Assembly: GCA_051294375.1 (NCBI GenBank)
Contig: CM119266.1
Coordinates: 6,465,431 to 6,529,430 of the forward strand
Source of the DNA: Paraspadella gotoi
Lineage: Eukaryota > Animalia > Chaetognatha
Direction: 5' to 3'
Length of the DNA: 64,000 nucleotides
Positions 36,478 to 48,872 of the stretch are shown piece by piece. Numbering within the stretch: the stretch's first letter is position 1; each line of letters opens with the position of its first letter. The translations under genes and the position numbers were made by a program. A model generated the notes under the pieces. It had not been told where the DNA came from and made no database searches. It worked only from the letters and a program-made list of their open reading frames with translations.

Positions 36478-39400
36478 TTAACAGACATTAGGCTGAGACA
36501 CTTTGTTCCAATTGCTCGAGACAACGACGTTAGTGGCTTCCGGTTTCTTCAACGCATTGGACGCCACGTCGCCGTTGTTTTCCCTTGTGGACGCCGGGGT
36601 CCCCTTGTCCTCGGGGCTCAGCTCCATCGAATTCCCCTTGGCTCGAACCTCCGCCGCGTCGATTATAGGCAATGGAAGTATCGTCGCCAGCTGGACCGTC
36701 GTCGATCGCGGTGTCTGCAGCTCCGTCGATCCAGTCAGGATGTGTAGCTGCTGCGTCTGTTGAGTTCGAACCAGCGCTGCCGGCGACTGCTGCAATTGCT
36801 GATACTTAGGCGGCTCCTGATTGCTCAAGTGAAGCGTCATGGGCTGCAGCTTGGCGTCCAGGGCGACCGAAGGGTGAACCTCGACAACCTGACCTTGCCC
36901 TGCGGTGGGGCCGTCCACGTCATCGACTAATCCCCCGACGGCGATGAAGAGTTCGTGAGTCTCTCCCGAAGATAAAAGGACTTGGCTGGCGGAGGCTTCC
37001 ATCTTCGTCCCGATATGTGTCGATGTTGTCAAAGATGTCGTCGCGGGCGGCGGTGGAGTTGGATCCGACGCTGTGCCTTCGCTAGATGTCGTTGAGGTCG
37101 TCGCCGCCGTAGTGGTTGTCGCTGCCGCCGTCGTCGTCTCCACTGCGCCGTCGATACGACCGTGCGCTTTTTTAACGTGCGTCGTGAGGTCGTTCTTGAT
37201 CTTGTACGTCTTGTTACAAACGTGACAGGAGTGCGGGCGCGACTCGGAGTGATAGAGCATGTGCCGTGAAAGGCTCGTTTGGTATTTGAAAGCCTTGCCG
37301 CAAACACTGCAGGCACAGTAAGTCTTATCGCTGTGCGAGCGCATGTGGTAGTCTAGTTTGTCTTTAGCACGGAACGTCTTGTTGCAAACGCTGCATGACA
37401 CGCGCTTCTCTGTCGCCGTGTGCCTCAGAGCCGCGTGAGTTTTGAGCTGAGGTTTGCAGGAAAAGCCGCAGCCGCAAACGTCGCAGGTGTAAGGCTTTTC
37501 TCCGGTGTGCTCACGCATGTGCCCTTGAAACCAGCGCTCGTCGGTGAACCCCTTGCCGCAGAACTGTTAAGGAGTAGGGGGGGAATTAAATAATGAAAGA
37601 AGATATGTGATTTAATAGATCAGGGACAAGATAGCTAATTCATTTTCATTGAATGAATGAATGAATGAATGAATAGTTGTTCCAAATTGTTGGCACGAAA
37701 TTAATTTCGTTTAATGAACCCTTTCGCAATCATGTCCCGCTAGTAACAAGATTAAAGTACACGTCTATTCCTTACCTGACACTTGAAGGGCTTTTCTCCC
37801 TGAGCGTGTGTCTGCGTGTGGTAGTTAAAGGACAGCTGCGTCTTATATATCTTTCCGCAAAGATCGCACTGGAACCGAAGTTGCTTGTTATTCTTGTTGT
37901 GCACCCTGATCTCGTGCTTCTCTTTGTTGGAGTAATCCTTAAAGGCGAGTGAACAATAGGCGCAGTGAAAAGGCTTTGCGTCCATGTGGATCATGATGTG
38001 CCGGTCGAGATTGGTCTTTTTGCAGGAGACATAAGGACAGTATTGACAGTTAAACTCCGGCGTCTCCTCGGCGTGCTTCTCGCGATGATGACGGAAGAGA
38101 CTCCCTTTACGCGAGAACATTCGATCGCAAGAGTCGCACTTGAACATTCGCTGAAATCCGACGCGCGTCACGGTGTAGGGAATATTTTGTACAGAGCGTT
38201 TGGGGCCGCGCTTGCCTGGAGGTTCCAGGTTCTCGGGATCGCGGACCACGACGCCGTCTTCTTCCTCATCGTCGTCGTCTTCATCAACGTGTTCGTTTTT
38301 GACAGCGGCGTGGACGGTCTCGGCGTCCGGCGTCGTCGAGTTATTGAGAGACGGCGCCGCTTCGTTATCGCAGCTCCTTCGAGCGCCGGGCACTGGAACG
38401 GCGTCTTTGAGGAAGGAAGGAGAGAGAATCGGCAGAGGGACGAGGGGTTGCCCGGAGAGAACGGGCAGAGGTCCGAGTGGCGGACCCAAAGGCCCCACCA
38501 CCACGTCGTCATCTTCCTCGAGAATTTTACCGACGACGAGATTGCTGCCCACCGGAGGGAGACCGACGACCGGGACTCGGAGAGACTCGGGAACGACGTC
38601 GGTCGGCGGCGAGGACGACAGCGGCGTCGCAAGAACTGCCGGAGTCATCGACACGACCGTGACGGACGTCGATTCCAGCGAAGGAGTCGGTTTCAACATT
38701 TTGGGAGGAGAGATGGTCGTCGTCTTTCCCTCCTTCATCTTTCTCTTTGTCCTTTTCTTAATAATCTTCGTCTCCGTCATCGGCTTCTCTCTATTCTCCG
38801 CCGCCGCCAACGGGTTATCCTTGTCGTTGAGGCAGTTGAGGATGGCGTCGACGATGTTCCACGAGTCCGTCTTGCTCCACTCCAGTAGAAGACGTTCACC
38901 GGGTTCGCCGTCCGCCGTCGAGGTCGCGGCCGAGGTGGCGATCATGCACTTAGCGCGAACGACCCAAGCCGAAGGGTCCGTCAGATCCACGGGGTCGGAG
39001 GAAGGGGACGGCGAAATGCCAGGCGGAGGAGGGGCGACGATGAAGAGAGCGCGGTCGCAGAGGACGGGAATGACGGCCTCGAAGGATCTGCAAAAGGAAA
39101 TTCAAAGGGAGAGGGGGAGATTGAGATTGAGTAGGTAAACTACCCTGTAATCAAACTGAAGCAAATAAAAGATTGGCTTCGCTTTTAGTTCTAACCCCTA
39201 ATTATTCTCTCCAATTCGACCAACTTACGCAACCCCGCTACTGTGACATTGATAATTTTAAGAATGTTAACTTAGCCTAAGGGAAGATAAATCATAAAGA
39301 AGAGAAAGCAAACACGAAAGGGAGAAACAAATAAATGGAGCAGATGAGAATATTGGAATGGAGTCAAACACTTGTAAATTCGAATTACCTGATGACATTG

Positions 39401-39588
39401 TGCGAGAGACAAAGTCCGGACGGGATCGGCGAGACGCTCCAGCCCAGAGGCAAAGCAGTGGCCACCACGGAAGCCAAGTCGGCCAGCGAACAGACGGGCG
39501 CGGCTTTGGAGTCCGCCTGACAGTCCATGTCGGCCTTCGCCCGACAGTCGCCCTCCGCGAAGTATCCTGGCTCTGATGACGTTTTCAT
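36478..39588 (-). CDS. C2H2 zinc-finger transcription factor (9 fingers), about 865 aa
   Basis: Exons 39588-39389, 39087-37776 and 37563-36478 with matching phases. Nine CxxC..HxxxH units with TGEKPY/GEKPF linkers. Start codon less certain. Confidence 0.85.
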
Positions 39589-40999
39589 CGCGGGAGCCCG
39601 TTTTGACGTTGGAGAGGTGAGACTCCGTCACGCCGACGGCATTCTCGCTGCGAAATCGGAGGGAACCTTATTCAAGTGAATTACATAACACATAACATAC
39701 AAAGAGAAATATTTGGTTCTTTTTATAAATAATGAAAAGAGAAAAAAACTGAAAACAAAAACAATCGAGGACGAAGTCAGAAATAAAAACAAAAGACATA
39801 TTTTTTTAATTCCAAAAAATGAAAAATGAAATGAATTAAAAAAATAGGTAAATTATTAGAGTAATAACTTTTGATCGCCAACCAAATCATTTAAAAAAAA
39901 TATTGGCATTCCTGGAGATCAATACGCTCTGGAGGCATATGGAAAACGAAGAATAAGTTTGTTTTTTTTTAAATTAAAAAAAAAATAAAAAAACTAAAAA
40001 ATTCAGATATCATATTTTTTTAATATTTGTTATGTTTGTTATTTGGGTAAAAATTAAAGTCAATTATGGTTAAGAATAAATTAAGAATAAATTATTTCTA
40101 ATCATCATCATCTTTCGATAATTTTATGATTTTTTTTAAATTTTGACCAAAAAAACATAAAAATCTTTAAAAGTTATAGTTATATTGGCATTCCATTTTT
40201 ATTAATTAATTATTAGTTGAATTATTATTTTTAAAAAATGTGAAAAGTTTTTTTGAATTTTAAAGCTTCATAAATATAGTAATTTAGCTCACCTACAAGC
40301 GTAAAAGCTTACATAAAGCTTACATAACAAACGACAGTGGCCGAGAGATTTTCGAAGCCCCACCGATTCATTGTTTTAACTTTAACTGAAAGCATATTAA
40401 TCTTTTAATGACACCAGTTTTCTATTATATTTTCTATCGATCTGCATTCTCTCTCCGTTTGGTGACTTTGAAATTCGAATTGTCTGATAAATTAAAATTG
40501 ATAATGATATTAATCATTTAATGATAATCTCTGGCGACATTCTGTCGGTTCAGTTTAGAGTTTTCGTGACCGGATTTCAGGGGAAAAAAACCAACACGTT
40601 GGAATGTTTGAGTTAACATAAATTAAATAAAAGCTGGCCCCTTTTTCAAATTAAATTTAGCTGTGATATTAGGTAATAATCTCCAAAATGCAATAAAGAC
40701 AATTTTTAAAAAACGAGGAAATCTAGGAAGTTTCGCCGTGGCCCTAAATTGGTTTCGATCCCAGGACTCGATCCTCGCCGTGGCCGTCATCGTCTCGGGT
40801 CTCCGTCCCGATTGGCTGCCCTTAATGATCAGGAGCAGCCTGAGCGGCCCTTCGACTTCGGGCAAAACTCGATTGTCGAGTTTAGAGAAAATGACACGAC
40901 TCCAAGCTGTGACGTTGACAAAAATCAATCGGAATATAAACGCAAAATGCGGCGACGCATTACTTGAAATCACGTTTAAAATTGGGAAAGCAAGCTGCG

Positions 41000-43900
41000 A
41001 TGGCGTCAGGCGCTGAAATGGGCGACCATTTCGAGAACATTCCCTTAGAATCGTCGACCGTTGAGGAATGCAACGACGAAAAATCCGAGGCTGATAAGAC
41101 CTCGGTCATCAAGAACACCCTGATGGAATTTGCCAGCGAAATCACCAAAGACTTTACAGAGGATTTTTTCATTAATTCCAGAGAGTCATACGGTGAGAAA
41201 GAAAGGTTCGCTTATTCCTGAATTCGTTTTATTCATTTATATTATTTTTTATAAGCTCATAATTTTTTTAATTTATTTTTTAGGTCCGTTCCAAGGATAC
41301 AACAGCTCATCGCACGCAAACTGGAAAAGCAATGCGCTTCTGGACACATGCTCCCGAATCACTCCTGCAAGTGACCACTTTCAGAGCTCCTCTGATGGCG
41401 ACTCCACGCCCACTCCCAGTCCTCGAGGATCTAAGGTAGCGCATCGAGGTTAACTTTATTATACCATAACTAAATATAATTTTTACTCTGATGAAATTAG
41501 CGTAACCATCGGTTAAATGTAGTATAAAGTACTCTAACCTTGTGTTGTATAGATAGAAATAAAATTGGAGAAAGAAAAAAAATTATTTATTAGATATTTT
41601 AAAATCTAAAAAGTTATACATAGAGAAACAAGTAATTTTGTAATTTTCATAGCAGTTTAATCCTTTTAATTTCATAATTCTCTTTATCTGTAATAAGTAT
41701 TATACTATTGTTTCCGACATAATTTGAGGTTTGTATTTCCTGATGATGTTAGCTTTTAAATTTAAAATTTTAGGAATGCGTTTCGCGGAGGGACGACAGT
41801 TTCGAAAGCGTGGAAAGTATCGATCTTTCCAGCGAAACTTCCTACTCTTCGGCCGCAACCAATTTGGACCGTCACAGGAGCGATGGCAGAGACGAACGGT
41901 CATCCAGTGTATGCTCGGCCGACCGACCGTCGAAGACTGACTCTGTTGTGGAGGAACTTCTCTCGGACATTTACGACAACAAGTTAATGTCGTCGGTAGA
42001 GAGTGACTATTGCGACGTGTACTGTAACCCAAGATCGTCCTTGGACGCGCTAAGGATGAGAAAATACACCAAGGCAGAGCTGATGTCGAAACCGAAGCAC
42101 GAACTGAAGAGCATAATCAAGGAGTTGAACCATCGTATTCAGCAAACAAACAGTCGACTCATGAGACAGTTAAAAGTTAGATCGAGAAAGCAAGCACAAA
42201 TCAGCAATAACTGCGACATCGTGACCGCCTGCTTGCAGGCGAAGTCTTTAAAACGCGAGGTGAGTATAAAAAAATTTAATTTTGACTTCATTGTATTCAA
42301 CGAAAATTTTTTATTGTAATAGATTTCATTGGTTCTTTAATTTTTGATTTTTTAAGCCATCTAAATTAGTTAATTTATGGTTTGAAATTACATAGATTTC
42401 AAATGGGAGTGAAATGAAAGGATAAAATATTGGGGCTAAATAATTTGTTCTAGCAATTTCAGATTTTGCACTCTGGTAGAAAAATCGCTGACGTTTTTCA
42501 TTTTCCTACTCCCAGTAGGCCAGCTTGCTTACTTTCTTTGTTATGGGCTCATCAATGGTATTGTCGAATTTCAAAAAATAATTTTTTTTTGCATTTGAAT
42601 AGGACCTTCTTGTTATAATATATATTTTTATGAAAAAAATTTCGATTTATCTTACAAATATAGACATTGGAGTAAGTGTCTGAGCAATCAGAATGTCAAA
42701 AACTTTTTTACAACCACAATGACAGCCATTTTCATTTTATAGGTTTTCTAGTTAAAACTTATAAAAAATAAAAATATCAGCTTTGAAAAATAATTGGAAA
42801 AGAACAATGATCTGGCAAGAGCCTGTTGCTTAAATAAACCTTGAAATATAATAATGAAAATTTTTTGGCATGCCGAGACATTATACTAACTAATAAATGT
42901 AAAAAAATTAAAATTTTTGTCTCAATTTTTTTCAATTGTGTGTAAAATTGAATTATCAAATAAGAGGGGAAAATGTTACAAAAAAATCTGCTGGAAGGCA
43001 AGCACACCAGTTGCTATGAGGTGAAGTATTATAAATTTGCTTTTTAGGAACATAAACGTGAGGGAATTTTTTAACTAATGAAATGAACAAATATAATCAC
43101 ATTCAGTCGGTTAAGAGTTAAAACAATTCTTTTCATTTCACTCCCATTTGAAATCCGTGTAGGTTGATGCCAAGATGAAGTTTTCATTGGAACCTCTTCC
43201 TGGAGAAGAAAACTTTCATCAATGGCAAGACGCGATACGAGCTGCAAACCGAATGTCTGGTGGTGTTCCAAATTACATCCGAAAAAGGGTGAGCTTTCGA
43301 GTAAAGGCATGTAAATTTGTATGAATAAATAAATTATCATTTGTATTTTAGGTTTGGCTGTCTTTAGCAGAAAATTATATGAAAGAGTTGGATATCGATT
43401 GGAAAGAAGTTAAAAGAACTGCTTTCAACGAAAGAACCAATCCAGACGATAATGAACTTGGAATTCAAATCGTCAAAGATCTCCACAGAACAGGCTGCAG
43501 CACATTTTCAGGTTTAGACAACGACCAACAACGAGCTGTGCTCAAAAGAGTTTTGCTCGCTTACGCTCGGTGGAACAAAGAGATAGGTTATTGCCAAGGA
43601 TTCAATATAATCGCCGCAGTAATCTTGGACGTCGTGGGAAAAAAAGAAGAAGACGCTTTGAAGATCATGATTTTTCTCATAGACAAAGTTCTTCCCAAAT
43701 CTTATTTCTCAAATAACCTTCGCGCTTTGTCGGTTGATATGGCTGTGTTCAGAGATTTAATGTCCATGTACTTACCAAAATTAGCGACACATCTACAAGA
43801 TCTTCAAATAAAAGCTCAACAAGACATTGCATCAGGAGGATACGAACCTCCCTTGACGAATGTCTTCACAATGCAATGGTTTCTTTCTCTTTTTGCCACA

Positions 43901-45475
43901 TGCTTACCTATCTCTGCAGTGTTAAGGGTTTGGGATGCTATTTTACTAGAAGGATCTGAGATAATCATTAGGACTGCTCTTGTGTTGTGGGGTATTCTTC
44001 AAAAGAAACTGATAAAAAATGCGGATACAGCCGATGATTTTTATACCCTAATGGGGACATTACTTCAAAGGATAATACAAAAAAATAATGATGTTGTCGT
44101 TGTTGACGACTTACTAAAAGTCGTTTATTCCTTTGCCCCTTTTCCATTTCCACAACTAAGCGAACTTCGTGAGAAGTATACTTACAATATTACTCCAATA
44201 ATAACCAAGGATTCGGATCGAGCCGAAAAACGAAAGTCATCCCGCAAAAAGCACATGAGCGAAGTTGTGTTTGGCAATGAACAAACTGATGATATGGAGA
44301 CAATGCATTTCATCGCGCAGATAGTTGATGCTGAGGGAAGCAGCAAAAGCGTTTTAGATATTGCAGCAGTCGGCCCAGGGGTTTATGGTGGTCATAGTGA
44401 GCACCCGCAAGATAACAATGCGCCGCCAGGAGTATCATCCGAAGGGGGGATAGCTATGGCTGAAAGAACATCCACGGATATTTCAAAATTGCAAAAAAAA
44501 TATGACATCATCAAGCGACGACAAAGCCAGGCGAGAATAATGTTCCAAACTACAAAAACCACCTATAATTTAAGAAAATTACGAAAAAATATTACCAATT
44601 TAGTTTTACCTCCGGCACCAACAATTACAGATTCAAAGAGGTTGACGACAATTGCTCAAAATTCAGTTAACCATTTATATGTAAAAACCGCAGATACGGG
44701 CATATCTCATAAAAACAGTCACGTAGTACCAGTCGGTGCTCCTCTATTTCCTTGTCGTTCCGAGCAAGGAAAAGTGCAATTTAAAGCCTCCTCTCTTCAT
44801 TTGAGTAAAGATTTAGAACGAAAAGAATCTACCGGGAGCTCTTCGCCCCTGTCTGATAATACAATTACATTTTCGGAGAATGAGTATGACGAAAAAAAGA
44901 CAACCATAGATGAGGATGATAATAATAATAATAATAATGATTCTAAAACGTTACTAGAACTTCATCTCGAATGGAGAGGAAAGCAAAAAGAAAATCAAAT
45001 TAAGAGTTCCAGACCCAAAGAAAGGTCTTCTCGCAAAGTTACATTTTCTACTCATACAATTCCAAAAAATCCTTTAACACCTCCATCTCTATACCCAGGT
45101 CTCGGAACATACACTACAGAAAACATACCAAGAACAGATTCCACAAAGCAAAAAGAGGAAAATGTGTCGCCGAACTCTGTTAACGTGTTGTCACAGGAAA
45201 AAGGGAGTGAAAATGTTATGATAGAAACAAAACCTCCCAAAAAAACAATGTTACTCTCGCCATATTACATGCGAAAGGAACGACGAGATTTTGGAATAAA
45301 ACTTGGACTATATAAACCCTCTCACTTTTCATCTAAAAAAGCTGCTTCTGTAAATCTTAGTTCTTCCGCAGCTGAAGATACTCCAAGAATAACGAGGCAA
45401 CAAATTAACTCTTGTTTAGCCCGTGAAAGTATGGCTTATGAAACTTTCGTAACACATAAAAAGCCGAATTTATAA
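41000..45475 (+). CDS. TBC1D30: TBC1 domain family member 30 (Rab GAP)
   Basis: VDAKMKFSLEP..FNERTNPDD..IQIVKDLHRTGC..IGYCQGFN..YEPPLTNVFTMQWF. Exons 41000-41192, 41284-41435, 41774-42259, 43163-43288, 43352-45475. Confidence 0.92.
42391..43159. mobile_element. Tc1/mariner-type MITE inserted in the TAG acceptor of TBC1D30 exon 4
   Basis: TIR CA(T/C)(A/G)GATTTCAAATGGGAGTGAAATGAAA (29 bp, 2 mismatches); TA at 42389-42390 and 43160-43161. Confidence 0.88.
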
Positions 45476-46235
45476 ATTTATAATTATGTACAGATCGATA
45501 AAAATTAAAACTACTGGTTACTCACGTAATACATTAGATAATAGATAATCCTAGAACTTTAATTTGGTTAAAATATTTTCGGAGTTACGACCTGGACAGT
45601 AAAGCTCTGTTTTTAGATTGAGTAGTATATAAAATGTTGCGATGGTAACTCTTTATTAATGTTTAGTACTTACCTGGAAAAATAATTTTTAGTAGGTTTG
45701 AACGTTGCATTGTGAGTTTTCCTATAAATCCTTCTCTATATTAAATTCTTAAATTATAAACCTTAATAAAATATTTATTATTTTCCTGAGTTAAAAATAT
45801 TTTACTTTTTTTTATGAAGCAGTTAATTTAGTTGAATGAGTCATTTTAGCTTGTCAGTCTTGTTTTAGATGCTCTTTCTCGACCAAAACATTGAAAAAGA
45901 GCGGACGAGCGGAATGTTTGGATCAGGAGGAGGAGCTAGAAGTAAAAGCCATGAAAGGATTAACAATTTAATCTGTTGTCATGACTTTTGAAAATATAAC
46001 CTTTTACCCTCGTCTTGTGCAAGCGTTACAATGGTTTGTTAACGACTTACACTCTGTCCAAAGCAAACAGTCAAAGATAACTTTTCTGAAGATCTTTAAA
46101 ATCGCGCGATAGGCTAGTTTCGGACTCTTATCGAATTCCCGCGATACCAGTTTGTTTACTGACAATCTATGAGAACAATTAAAACTTTGCGGTTGGCAAA
46201 GGAACCAAAGGGATTCCAATGGAGTCCGTAATGAA

Positions 46236-46388
46236 ATGGATGACCTCTTCGTCTCCGAAGAAGAACGCCGCGATGTGCTCTGGAGCAACACTGGCACGCT
46301 GAGCCACAGCTTATTCGTCGTGTTGGTGTTTTATTCCGAGTTCTTCTTGGCCTCCTTCGTTATTTGGCTGGTTGCCAAAATCTTGTGA
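46236..46388 (+). CDS. Candidate 50-aa transmembrane micropeptide (upstream ORF of TLCD5)
   Basis: MDDLFVSEEERRDVLWSNTGTLSHSLFVVLVFYSEFFLASFVIWLVAKIL*. Below the ORF-track cutoff; C/G-ending codons like neighbouring genes; ends 47 nt before the TLCD5 ATG. Confidence 0.45.
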   Translation: MDDLFVSEEERRDVLWSNTGTLSHSLFVVLVFYSEFFLASFVIWLVAKIL

Positions 46389-46435
46389 CCCTCGCTGTCA
46401 CGGTCTTCCTCGACTGTGAGCTCGAGGAGAAACTC

Positions 46436-47304
46436 ATGGATGAAGCGGTATTGTCGCGGCTGGACACGGGGGTCGTCGTCGCATCATTCGCCGTTTTCTT
46501 CGCCCTCTACAAGTTACATCGGCGTCTCCAGCCAAATAAGAGTCCCGAAGGTTCCATACGATTGGTCACCATGCTCCACGCCGCCTTGGTGACGGTTCTC
46601 TCGTACTACTCTTGCTTCGTGCGTGGACCCTGGCCCATCAGTGAACCGGGACTCGATTCGAACGCCTTTAACATCGGGATCCAAGCCGTCTGCCTGGGTT
46701 ACTTTCTCCTCGATTACGCCTGGTGCCTGATCTACGGAGCGGACGGGCTCATGATGCATCTTCACCACTGGTTCAGCATTTCGTACTTGCTGTGGGGGCT
46801 TGGAACCCGAGTGAGCGGGGCGGAGATCGCGGGAACGATTTTCGGATCGGAACTGACCAATCCCATGCTGCAGCTAAGGTGGATGCTGAAGCAAAGTGGA
46901 AAATACGAGACCAAACTGGGCCTCGTCAACGACGTCGCTTTTGTCGTCTCCTTTCTCAGGTACTGCATGAATAAAATAAATTAATGCTTATTGTATAGTT
47001 GGCAATGCCCACCCGGTATTTGATTGGTTGTGATTGGTTTGACACCAGCCTTCGCGGGATTTTCGGCGCCTACTTCCTATACCACGTTCTCGTCCACCCT
47101 CGGCCCCGCCTGGTGGTCAAATTTGGCGGCGTCGTCCTTTATCTCATCAGTTGCGTCTTTCTTGGGCAAATCTTTGGATTCGTGAGACGCAAATTGGCGG
47201 GGACGCGGCGAAGCGGTGGCCCCGCTGGGGACGGGGCCGCTTCCGTGAAGAGAGAAGAGAAGAGCGTAGACAACGAAGAGTCAAATGAAAGAAAACGGCG
47301 ATGA
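46436..47304 (+). CDS. TLCD5: TLC domain protein (TLCD5/TMEM136-like)
   Basis: RLVTMLHA, GPWP, LGYFLLD, MHLHH, FGSELTNPMLQLRW. Exons 46436-46959 and 47049-47304. Confidence 0.88.
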
Positions 47305-48872
47305 TGATATCATAACAATCAATTTCTTGGAACTGATATACCCGAAGTGCCTCAGTCTTCTTTTTTTTATAAGCGCTTGATTAGTCTGATCTCGTTGTTA
47401 TTACATATTATTATTAGTAGTATATTTAGTAGCCTACTCTAGCTTTTGTGACTTTACTCGATAGGCAGTAGCGTTTTATACATTAGCCTGTTTAGGTTTG
47501 CCGTTTCGGAAATGAGTAGACTTCACAAATTGGATAAGATTTTTTCCCGCTGTTCCGATTTTTTATTTCCTTTTTAATTTTATTGCTAAATAAAAATTAC
47601 GTTTCGAATGAATACATAAGTTATTACACTGTTGGACATAAACTCTCGTCGTATTTATATTATTTATTTATATCTTATTTGCCCGATCGGCAACACAAGC
47701 GTACGGGTGCTATTTATTTTATTACTTTATAACCGCGGTAATGTTTCTTACTCATTAGAGCTCCTTTTGAAAACCACACCAAAAATGGGATGAAGAATTT
47801 TCGCTCGGAAAAATATTGCCAGTTACACTTATAGAGCGCAACGTATTACGCAAGGTGGACGGGCGAGGTTTTAACTTCAAGGGTTTCCGACCACAAATCT
47901 TGACAATGTTTAAGAATGGGTGGATTTTTCTATTCAGACGCGACCTGTGTCAACTCAATAGCACAATTGAGTCGTGTTTTAAACTTTTTTAAAAATCAGA
48001 TCTGAACAAAGAACATTACCACGATAAAATTGACTGATAATATTGACTGAACAATGATCATTACCACGATAATAATGATAATAATTTGCTATGATAGGTA
48101 GGTCGAGTCCCTAATTTGAATCTCACAATCAAGAAGACAAGAAAAGTTATAAGTTAATAACAATAATCTGGCGCCTAAAATTAAGCTGTGCTCTTAGGCT
48201 TTGAGTCGTAAAGGTCATACTTGGAAAATGAGGTAATATACTAAATAGCTACTAAATACTAATAGCTAAAGTATTGTCTTGTTTCAATTGTTTAACACCT
48301 GCACGTGCCACGAGGCTTATACTCTACCCAGGTCTTTTATTTCTTTCTCATTGACGCCCTAATTTCTTTTGAATTGTTTTGTGTATTTGTATAATTATAA
48401 TTTATATTTATATTATTTTCTCATGACAAATTCTGATTCTTGTTTCGACTCGAAAGAAAAAGCGAACAAAAGGACAAAATATGGAGGCCACCGCCTGACA
48501 CAAGAATGTTGCAATTAAATAATGTCATTAACAAAAATTACTCTTCTTTTGCTAAATTATGTTTGAACATAAAGTTCTAGCGGTTTGTTTCAGAAAACCT
48601 AACCGGGTCTATTTTTAATTTTATACATTCTGCCATCTGTCAGTCTTTGTTATCGTTCGGTGCCTGGATCCTTTTCGAAAATTCTCTCTTTACTTGAAAT
48701 TTCAACCAGGCTGTCAAAATATTTGCGGTTTACTCCTTCGTAACGGTTTGGTGAGATTTTTTCATCTATTTCAACTTAATTTAACGGAATCTAACAGTTT
48801 TATCAAAATTTAACGGAATTTAACTGAATTTAACAGAATTTCCGTTTCACCCTCAGATCAGAGCGTAAAATC

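Noticed and set aside
37965-39138. Long plus-strand ORFs of 307 and 312 aa
   Set aside because: Antisense shadows of the GC-rich zinc-finger exon, with no domain features.
40663-41016. ORF overlapping the TBC1D30 start
   Set aside because: No recognisable features and no evidence it is translated.
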